From Phycisphaeraceae bacterium (lineage in GTDB: Bacteria > Planctomycetota > Phycisphaerae > Phycisphaerales > Zrk34), in NCBI GenBank assembly GCA_041674345.1, contig JBAYVY010000001.1, forward strand, positions 1 to 41,537: a stretch of 41,537 nt of DNA. The letters run 5' to 3'. This document shows, piece by piece, positions 35,028 through 41,537 of the stretch. Below the pieces are notes generated by a model that had not been told where the DNA came from, did not search any database, and saw only the letters and a program-made list of their open reading frames with translations. Made by a program: the position numbers and the translations under genes. Numbering within the stretch: the stretch's first letter is position 1; every line of letters starts with the position of its first letter.

Positions 35028-37202
35028 CTAAATCGCCTCCAGTCCGGCGAGGATGATGAGGACGGCCATCGCGGTTCCGACGAGCATGGCGAGGATGCCC
35101 AGCGCGACGGCGACGTAACGGTACCATCGCGGCGGGAGGGGAACGCGGTATTTTTCGATTTCGCCGGATGCGACCAATCGTTCGTATTCTTCGGGGCGTT
35201 CGTGTTTGAACTCTTCTTCCGAAAGCTGGCCGGTGAACATGACGTCATCGACGGGGAACTTTTCGGGTCGGACGTGCGCGTTGAAGAAATGGATGGTGAA
35301 GATGAAGACGACGGCGAGCAGGGCCTCGTAGCCGTGAATCAACGTGGCGATGTTGAAGGTCCAGCCGGGCAGGATGTGGGCGGTGGTGGTGGGGAACCAG
35401 AGCATCAGGCCGGTGATGCCGATGACGAAGGTGCCGAAGATTTCAGCCCAGTAGTCGAACTTTTCCCAGTAGGTCCAGTGATCGAAGCGGGGCGGGTTTT
35501 TGCCGGTGAAGAACCAGCGGAACATGGCCAGACAGTCTTTGGCGTCCTTGGGTTTGGGGACCAGGGAGTTGGGGCCGGTGAGGAACCTGAACAGCGAGAC
35601 GTGGCGTTGCCTGGCGCGGTGGACGACGCCGGCGATGTGTACGGCGAAGTTGCCGATGAGTATGACGGCGCAGATGCGGTGGATGATGCCGGCGGAGTGG
35701 ACCCCGCCGAGCATGTCGGCCAGCACGATGGCCCACTGGTGATCGCTGAACAGCAGGGGCATGCCGGTGAGGGTCAGTCCGAAGAAGCTGACGATCATCA
35801 GGCCGTGGTTGACGCGATCGACGCGGTTGAAGCGTTTGATGCCGTGGGTTTTGTGCGAGTGTTTGGGTTTGCCGTTTTTCAGGCGTTCGATGTGGGCGCG
35901 GATGAACCAGAGGATGGTGTGGACGCCGAAGAAGCTGAACGTGGAGCTTATCACGATGATGAAATAGAGCCAGACGTAATGGAGGAGCGGGAAGTTTTTG
36001 GCGCTGTGGAAATCGGCGTGGGGGCGGAACTCGGTGAACATGGCGGTCGCGCCTTCGTGACATTTGGCGCAGGTGTCGATGCGATGGTCGGGGGCGAGGC
36101 GCGAGTCGGGATCGTTCGGCGGGAGGATGTCGTGCGAGCCGTGGCAATCGCTGCAACGGGCGGCGCGCATGAAGCCGAGCTTGTTGACCTGGCCGTGGTA
36201 GCTGCCGCGATAGGTTTTGTAGAGCGAAGCGCCGTCGGGGTCGTTTTTCAGGGGTTTGTCGTGGCACTTGCCGCATTCGTTCACGATGTCGAGCATGAAC
36301 AGCGGCGTGTCGGCGGAACTGATGCGATGCGCGGTGTGACAGTCGATGCAGACCGGGGCGTTGGGATCGCCCTGGGCCAGTCGCTGACCGTGAACGGACT
36401 TTTCGTAGATTTCGTTGACGCCGACGTGACACCGGCCGCAGGTGTCGGGGACATGGGCGCGGTTGACCGAGGAGTTTTCATTTTTCGCCGGTTCGATGTC
36501 ATGCGGGCGATGGCAGTCGGCACAGGTGGCGGCGACGACCAGCCCGTTTCGCACCGCCTTGCCGTGGACGCTTTCCAGATAATTGGACACGGTTTGCCGC
36601 GGGTTCAGACCGGCGGGCGTCGGCGCGGTGAACTTCGAGTGGCATTCGGCGCAGGTCTTGATGATGTTCAGCGGATAAACCTTCGACCGGCGATCGGCGG
36701 GAGGCAGGATGTCGTGCCCGCCGTGGCACGAGGCGCAGGTCGGCGCCAGCGGGTTGTGATCGGCGACGGCTTGCGCGTGGGTGCTTCGGCGATACGCGGC
36801 GGCCTCGGCGGTGTGACACCCGCTGGTCGTGCAATCGACCCGGCTCATCTTCTGCGGATGCGGAAGATTTTCCGCGGCGGTGTGGCAACTGACACACGCC
36901 AGCGCCGCGTGCGGCCCCTGCCGAAGCGCGCCGGGCGCGATATACAAATCCGGCCTCGCCCCCGGAAGTTCACCCGCCATGTCCGTCTTACTTCCGGGGG
37001 CGGGGGCTGGGGTGGGGGCGGCTTGAATCATCGACCGACGCTCGGCGGGGGTCAGGTCGGCGATGTGCGACTGGCCGTGACAGGCGAAGCATCGCCGGTT
37101 GGACAGTTCGGCCTTGTCGAGTTCGATCGCATGAGTGATCGGCGTGAGGCACGCAAACGCCAGCACACCGGCAAACCACATCAACCGTAGGGAGTCGGGC
37201 AT
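35028..37202 (-). CDS. fusion of periplasmic multiheme cytochrome c (10 CXXCH + CX4CH) with an integral-membrane b-type cytochrome domain (CbcL-like)
   Basis: Signal peptide and heme motifs in residues ~1-390. Then 5-6 TM helices with conserved His (RVNHGLMIV, IIHRICAVILIGNFAVHIAG, TLIHGYEALLAVVFIFTIHFFNAH), as in HydC/FdnI-type dihaem cytochrome b. Confidence 0.85.
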   Translation of the reverse strand: MPDSLRLMWFAGVLAFACLTPITHAIELDKAELSNRRCFACHGQSHIADLTPAERRSMIQAAPTPAPAPGSKTDMAGELPGARPDLYIAPGALRQGPHAALACVSCHTAAENLPHPQKMSRVDCTTSGCHTAEAAAYRRSTHAQAVADHNPLAPTCASCHGGHDILPPADRRSKVYPLNIIKTCAECHSKFTAPTPAGLNPRQTVSNYLESVHGKAVRNGLVVAATCADCHRPHDIEPAKNENSSVNRAHVPDTCGRCHVGVNEIYEKSVHGQRLAQGDPNAPVCIDCHTAHRISSADTPLFMLDIVNECGKCHDKPLKNDPDGASLYKTYRGSYHGQVNKLGFMRAARCSDCHGSHDILPPNDPDSRLAPDHRIDTCAKCHEGATAMFTEFRPHADFHSAKNFPLLHYVWLYFIIVISSTFSFFGVHTILWFIRAHIERLKNGKPKHSHKTHGIKRFNRVDRVNHGLMIVSFFGLTLTGMPLLFSDHQWAIVLADMLGGVHSAGIIHRICAVILIGNFAVHIAGVVHRARQRHVSLFRFLTGPNSLVPKPKDAKDCLAMFRWFFTGKNPPRFDHWTYWEKFDYWAEIFGTFVIGITGLMLWFPTTTAHILPGWTFNIATLIHGYEALLAVVFIFTIHFFNAHVRPEKFPVDDVMFTGQLSEEEFKHERPEEYERLVASGEIEKYRVPLPPRWYRYVAVALGILAMLVGTAMAVLIILAGLEAI
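36957..37002. repeat. 13-bp inverted repeat inside the CbcL-like CDS
   Basis: CGCCCCCGGAAGT (36957-36969) and ACTTCCGGGGGCG (36990-37002) with a 20-nt spacer. Encodes a low-complexity segment PAPGSKTDMAGELPGA. Confidence 0.85.
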
Positions 37203-37464
37203 GGGGGCGTATCACCGCGTCAAAAAAATCGCTGCGGCGCCTTGGTACGGGGGTGGGGGTGGGGCGCGGGCCGGCGGCGTGGAAGGTTCCCTGATCGGCC
37301 CTGTTCCCACGTCGGCTTGCCATGCGATAAGCATATCCCGTGCCTGACAATGGGCTGTCAGTAAAGGAGTTAGAATGAGATGTCAATGGGTTTTTCTTGC
37401 GAATGGGAAAATGTGCTTATGGGGCTTCCCGTAAGCAAGAGGGAGGGGGGAAGGGAGGGAAGGG

Positions 37465-37595
37465 GAAACTCGAAATCCGAAACTCGAAGCTCGAATCAAA
37501 CTCGAAGTCCGAAACTCGAAACAAGAGGCGGCCTTCTTTTTCGATTTTCGAGTTTCGGACTTGATTCGAGCTTCGATCTTCGAGCTTCGAGTTTC
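37465..37595. repeat. oligomer-built hairpin element (CTCGAAA/CTCGAAG type), about 50-bp stem
   Basis: GAAACTCGAAATCCGAAACTCGAAGCTCGAATCAAACTCGAAGTCCGAAACTCGAAA ... TTTCGAGTTTCGGACTTGATTCGAGCTTCGATCTTCGAGCTTCGAGTTTC. Lies between the kinase stop and the cytochrome operon. Confidence 0.85.
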
Positions 37596-37625
37596 GTCAT
37601 TCGCCGCATACAGATCGTAGGCGAC

Positions 37626-38984
37626 TCACGGCACCGAAGGTTTCGCCGAGATCGTCAGATGATTCACCGCCGTCGCCGCCGTCGGCTTGGGCAGAACAAT
37701 CGTCATCGTCGTGCCCCGACCGGGCGCGCTGTCCACCTCAATCCGCCCGCCCTGCTTGTTCACCAGCGAATAGCTGATCGCCAGTCCCAGCCCCGTGCCC
37801 TTGCCCACCGGTTTGGTGGTGAAAAACGGCTCGAAAATGTGGTCTTTGTGTTCCGGCGGGATGCCCGTGCCGTTGTCCGTGATGCTGATGTGGCACTCGT
37901 TGCCCACGCATCGCGTTCGCACGATCAGCTTGGGGTTGGTCGCGCTGCCCACCGCGTCGATCGCATTGAGCAACAGGTTAATCAACACCTGCTGCATCGC
38001 GTGCGGCTGAATGTGCAACAGACACGGCGTCGGACTGAAGTCCCGCTCGATCAGCACCGCGCGGTGTCGCCGGTCGAATCGCACCATCGCCAGTCCCGTT
38101 TCCACCAGATCAATGATCGGCATCATCTCCCAGTGCATGTCGGTCGGATGCGAGAAGTTGGTGAGCTGGCTGAGTATCTGCCGGATGCGGGCGGCCTGTT
38201 GACGCAGCGTCGTCAGTTTCTCGCCGGTCATGCGGTCGGGGTGGCGCTCGGCCAGTTGCAACATGCTGTCGATGTTGGCCAGGGGATTGGCGATTTCATG
38301 CGCCACGCCCGCCGCCATCTGTCCCATCGCCACCATCTTCTCATGTTGAATCATCGTCTGTTGCTGCAATCGCAGGGTCTTGGCCATCGCGCGGACGCGG
38401 TGGTTCTGCGACAACAGCCGCGTGCGATGCCGGCGCAAGCTGCGCATGATGCTGTTGGCCAGATAGACCGTCAGCGCCAGCGTCAGTATCCACCCGGCCA
38501 TCACCAGACGCGGATACATCTCGACGCCTTCGGTCGGCGGTATTTGTCCGCTGAACCATAGGCAGGCCGTGACCATGATGACGGAGACCGCCGCCCCGGC
38601 GTAGGCCGTGTGACGGGGCAATAGCAGACTGGCGAACACCATATGAAAGACGAAAAACCCCATCAGCGGACTGGTCACGCCGCCGGTCCACATCGTCAGC
38701 AGCGACAACGCGCCCAGGTCCAGAACGATCTGCCCCCACGACAGCACTGTTCCCCGTCGCCGACCGAACACCGCGTGGCCCAGCAGCGAGCGAAACATCA
38801 GGTTGTAAATCAGAATCGCCAGTCCGACGAACAATATGTCCTGGTTCTTCGGGTACCAGTGCATGATCCAGCGATCGGCCAGCGCCCCGGCGATCACCGT
38901 CAACCCCGCCAGCCAGCGCAGACGAACAAACCAGCGCAATCGCACCAGCAACATCCGATCCTGGACCTGATCCGACCGAATCAT
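37626..38984 (-). CDS. polytopic sensor histidine kinase (RegB/PrrB-like architecture)
   Basis: Track ORF trimmed to the ATG at 38984, which overlaps the upstream stop (ATGA). About 6 TM helices with short loops, H-box [10 protein letters not shown]-box LLNAIDA, G-boxes DNGTGIP and GTGLGLAIS. Confidence 0.85.
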   Translation of the reverse strand: MIRSDQVQDRMLLVRLRWFVRLRWLAGLTVIAGALADRWIMHWYPKNQDILFVGLAILIYNLMFRSLLGHAVFGRRRGTVLSWGQIVLDLGALSLLTMWTGGVTSPLMGFFVFHMVFASLLLPRHTAYAGAAVSVIMVTACLWFSGQIPPTEGVEMYPRLVMAGWILTLALTVYLANSIMRSLRRHRTRLLSQNHRVRAMAKTLRLQQQTMIQHEKMVAMGQMAAGVAHEIANPLANIDSMLQLAERHPDRMTGEKLTTLRQQAARIRQILSQLTNFSHPTDMHWEMMPIIDLVETGLAMVRFDRRHRAVLIERDFSPTPCLLHIQPHAMQQVLINLLLNAIDAVGSATNPKLIVRTRCVGNECHISITDNGTGIPPEHKDHIFEPFFTTKPVGKGTGLGLAISYSLVNKQGGRIEVDSAPGRGTTMTIVLPKPTAATAVNHLTISAKPSVP

Positions 38985-40081
38985 GTCTGCCGATTCTCCG
39001 GGATTCTCGCCAAAGTTTCCACCCCCGTCCCCGGAAGGGTTTCCTCCTGTGTTTCGGGCAGGGGTTCCAAACTCGACTGTTCCAAATCCAGCATCTTCAC
39101 TCCGCCCACATAATCGGTCAGCACGATCCGTCTCACATTCTTCAATGTCTGCACCACCCGGGTCATTCGGCCAAGCGTTTGGTGAATCTGCGTCAGACAC
39201 GTTTCCATCGCCTGCTTGTCGCCGACCTGCCTGCGAAGCAAACGCAACTGCAAGTCGATCACCGCCGCCGCGTTGTTCAGTTCGTGGTTCAGCGTCAGCG
39301 CCACCTGCTGTAACGTCTCGATCTTGCGCTGTTCGTTCTGTTCCAGTTGTGACGCCAGGTGATTGTAGGCCTGCGCCAGTTCGTCGAACTCATCGCGCTG
39401 GCTCAGGTCCACGCGGTAGTGGAAATGTTCCATCGCCAGTTCTCGCGTGGCCTCCAGCAGTTTGTCCATCGGCCGGAGGATGATGTTCGCCGACCGCAGC
39501 AGCACCAGTATCGAAATGTTGATGACCAGCAGGAAACCCGCCGCGATCGCCACGACGAGCACGCGGAATCGTCCGGTCAGTTCCGCCATTTCGTCCTGTC
39601 CGTGCTGATGCGCGAATTGCGCGACCCGCAACATGTCGTCGCGCAGCTGCGCCGCGTCGGTCAGCGCCGCCAGGTTGTGCCGGGCCGCCAGTTCCGGGTC
39701 TTCCGTGGTCGCCAGCGTGCCGACCTGCCGCTCGAACTGGTTCAGCCGGTCGCACATGCGCGAATAGACCGGCGCCATCGGTTCGCGGTGAACCACGTAA
39801 TACCCGCCCAGTTCGCGGTTCAGTTGCCGCATCCGTTGCACCGAGTCGATCAGCGGATCGAGATGGTGCGTCTTGCGGTCTCGCAGTTCATGCAGCGAAA
39901 TCTCGACGCGCGAAATCATCGAACTCAACTGGTTCGCCAGATCGACGACCTTGTTCGTCTGCGTGTTGATGTGGTTCAGCCCGCCGAATATCGACTGGAG
40001 CGACACCAGCGCCGCCACCGCCAGTATCATCAGCAGCACGATCACGCTCGACAGAATGATGAGCAGTTTTCGACGAAGCAT
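38981..40081 (-). CDS. membrane sensor with periplasmic helical domain, HAMP and DHp (HisKA-like) domain but no ATPase domain
   Basis: Start set to the ATG at 40081 (MLRRKLLIILSSVIVLLMILAVA), 2 nt after the upstream stop. Second TM, HAMP (ILRPMDKLLEATRELA...DEFDELAQAYNHLASQLE), H-box-like LNHELNNAAAVI. No N/G boxes. Confidence 0.75.
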   Translation of the reverse strand: MLRRKLLIILSSVIVLLMILAVAALVSLQSIFGGLNHINTQTNKVVDLANQLSSMISRVEISLHELRDRKTHHLDPLIDSVQRMRQLNRELGGYYVVHREPMAPVYSRMCDRLNQFERQVGTLATTEDPELAARHNLAALTDAAQLRDDMLRVAQFAHQHGQDEMAELTGRFRVLVVAIAAGFLLVINISILVLLRSANIILRPMDKLLEATRELAMEHFHYRVDLSQRDEFDELAQAYNHLASQLEQNEQRKIETLQQVALTLNHELNNAAAVIDLQLRLLRRQVGDKQAMETCLTQIHQTLGRMTRVVQTLKNVRRIVLTDYVGGVKMLDLEQSSLEPLPETQEETLPGTGVETLARIPENRQT

Positions 40082-40083
40082 GT

Positions 40084-41046
40084 TCAGTTCCCCGGTGTCA
40101 GCGGTTTGGGTGGCGGCCCCGCCACCCCCAGTTGATCCCACGCCGATCCGATCTCGTCCACCATCCGGTACACCGCCTGGTAATCCTCGATCCGGCAGGG
40201 CGCGAAACCCTTCGATCCGAACGCCTTCAACGCCGCCCGGCCCCGCTCGTCCTGATCCATCTTCAGCAGCGTTTCCCGCAGCGCCCGCATCTGATCGGCC
40301 GGCATGTCGCCGCTGACGATCAGCCCGTTGTCCGGCACCTGGTCGCTGGTCGCCAATCGACGAATCCGCACCTCCGGGTGTTCCGTCAGGTACGCATCCA
40401 GCCGCAGGTTTTTCACCGCCCCGGCATCGACGGTTCCCGCGATCACTTCGTTAATCACATCGTCGTGTGTGCCGACCCATCTGAAAATCGGTCGCTTCAC
40501 ATCGGTCAGCATGTCGTTCCGGTGAAACAGGTAAATCGGAAACAGGTTGCCCGCCGTGGTCGTCCGCACCAGCGCGATCGATCGGCCGGCCAGTCCCGCG
40601 ATATCGCTGATCGGCGAATCATCGCGCACGATGATGACCCCGGCGTAGGTCGATACGCCGTCCGGATGCGCCGGCTTGGCCAACACCACCGTGCCCAGCC
40701 GCTCATATGCCAGCACCGCGAGCATCGACCCGACGAACGCGCCTTCGATGTGCTTCTGCGCGAACTCGTCCAGCACGCTCTGGTAGGTGTTCAAACTGAC
40801 CAGTTCGACGGGGCGATTCAGATGCTCCGCCAGGTCGTCCGCCAGCGACTGGTAACGCTGGCGTTGCGCGAAAATGTTGCGTTCGGGGATCAGCGCCAGT
40901 CGCAGCGGGGTGGCGTTCGTCGCCGGGCCGGTTTGGACCGGCGGCGGCCCTTGCCCGTCCGTACCCGACTTGTACGCGGCACAGATGAACATGCCGACCA
41001 CCACCAGCACCAGCATCGCCGACAGAATGATCGCCGTCATACGCAT
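40084..41046 (-). CDS. membrane-anchored PhnD-like (phosphonate/phosphate ABC-type) periplasmic binding-domain protein
   Basis: N-terminal TM anchor. LRLALIPERN..., TYAGVIIVRDDSPI, AGAVKNLRLD resemble PhnD-type substrate-binding proteins. No ABC permease or ATPase gene nearby. Confidence 0.75.
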   Translation of the reverse strand: MRMTAIILSAMLVLVVVGMFICAAYKSGTDGQGPPPVQTGPATNATPLRLALIPERNIFAQRQRYQSLADDLAEHLNRPVELVSLNTYQSVLDEFAQKHIEGAFVGSMLAVLAYERLGTVVLAKPAHPDGVSTYAGVIIVRDDSPISDIAGLAGRSIALVRTTTAGNLFPIYLFHRNDMLTDVKRPIFRWVGTHDDVINEVIAGTVDAGAVKNLRLDAYLTEHPEVRIRRLATSDQVPDNGLIVSGDMPADQMRALRETLLKMDQDERGRAALKAFGSKGFAPCRIEDYQAVYRMVDEIGSAWDQLGVAGPPPKPLTPGN

Positions 41047-41294
41047 CGCGGTTTTCCCAGCAGAATCACGTCACCAAACCGGATAACATGATTCAGCATA
41101 CAAACCGCGGGCCGAAAGATATACCCGCACTTCGACGATGACCGCCGCGATTCGGTTATCACTCGTAAGAAAAAAACGCCCTCCGCATTGCCGCTTGCGG
41201 CTTAACACCCGCAAAACCCCTCTAAACGCCTCAAAAACCCCCTGTTCTCCTTTTGGCACGCCGATTGATAGAATCCATCCGGGAGCCACACGCC

Positions 41295-41537
41295 ATGAAC
41301 CACCCGCACACGATCAACGCCACGAACCCCGCCCCCCCAACGCCGCCGCTGCGACTGCTGTTCTGGGAGACCACCGCCGCGTGCAATCTCGCCTGCGTCC
41401 ACTGCCGCCGGCTCGATGTCTCGGCCAAACTCTGCAAAGACGATCTGACCACCGAACAGGCGTTGACCATGATTCGCTCCCTGCCGCAAACAGGCCGGCC
41501 CATCCTTGTCTTCTCCGGCGGCGAACCGCTCATGCGA
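41295..41537 (+). CDS. radical SAM protein, 5' partial (AhbD/NirJ-like N-terminus)
   Basis: ATG at 41295, open to the window end. LLFWETTAACNLACVHCRR is a CxxxCxxC radical-SAM cluster motif, followed by ILVFSGGEPL. Confidence 0.75.
   Translation, partial: MNHPHTINATNPAPPTPPLRLLFWETTAACNLACVHCRRLDVSAKLCKDDLTTEQALTMIRSLPQTGRPILVFSGGEPLMR

Noticed and set aside
34998-37190. 730-aa plus-strand ORF antisense to the CbcL-like gene (also 33492-34460, 30986-32176 and 31873-32787 antisense to the other cytochromes)
   Set aside because: No motifs are present, while the minus-strand frames contain regularly spaced CXXCH sites, signal peptides and TM domains.
29508-37202. Searched the cytochrome operon and its flanks for an outer-membrane porin (porin-cytochrome conduit) or a terminal reductase
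   Set aside because: No beta-barrel-like ORF, molybdopterin subunit or CXXCK/copper site was found. I therefore do not call it an extracellular electron-transfer conduit, only a quinol-to-periplasm cytochrome module.
37358-37386. Putative sigma70-type promoter (TTGACA-17 nt-TACTGA, minus strand) for the cytochrome operon
   Set aside because: The -10 hexamer matches the consensus poorly, and the promoter consensus for this lineage is unknown. It is mentioned in a finding but not annotated as a feature.

Overview
High-GC bacterial chromosomal window with about 38 protein-coding genes. The style (scattered nuo genes, HEAT/TPR proteins, many multiheme cytochromes) suggests a Planctomycetota-like organism, but that is inference only. 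I recognised no rRNA, tRNA, CRISPR array, transposase or integrase. Housekeeping genes: deoC, nuoA, tyrS, rmuC, ispE, cysE, nuoG, pntAA/pntAB/pntB, lspA, uvrC, and a DksA2-type factor. Five things stand out. (1) A minus-strand, translationally coupled five-gene operon (29508-37202) carries 47 CXXCH plus 6 variant heme-binding motifs. It encodes a CbcL-like multiheme-c/cytochrome-b fusion, a NapC/NirT-type membrane cytochrome, two paralogous ~15-heme periplasmic cytochromes and a CXXC-less thioredoxin-fold/TPR protein. A three-gene split sensor (37626-41046) sits directly upstream: an anchored PhnD-like binding protein, a HAMP-DHp protein without an ATPase domain, and a polytopic RegB-like histidine kinase. 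No response regulator is in view. (2) Most intergenic spacers hold a long hairpin whose arms are built from short tandem oligomers. This includes a 4-copy AATGACG family and a 2-copy ATGTGCG family. (3) A 26-nt palindrome, GGCGGGGGCAATTAATTGCCCCCGCC, occurs four times. Once it supplies the stop codons of two convergent genes, and three times it lies in frame inside coding sequence, including ispE. (4) A ~45-nt stem-loop motif occurs three times in 5'-leader orientation with compensatory stem changes, and a larger structured region with alternative pairings lies upstream of cysE. (5) A decayed MntA/HepT toxin-antitoxin locus has a frameshift at a homopolymer, and its toxin gene is cut off by an AT-rich insertion encoding a small 2-TM protein. 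All functional calls rest on motif recognition by eye; no searches were run.
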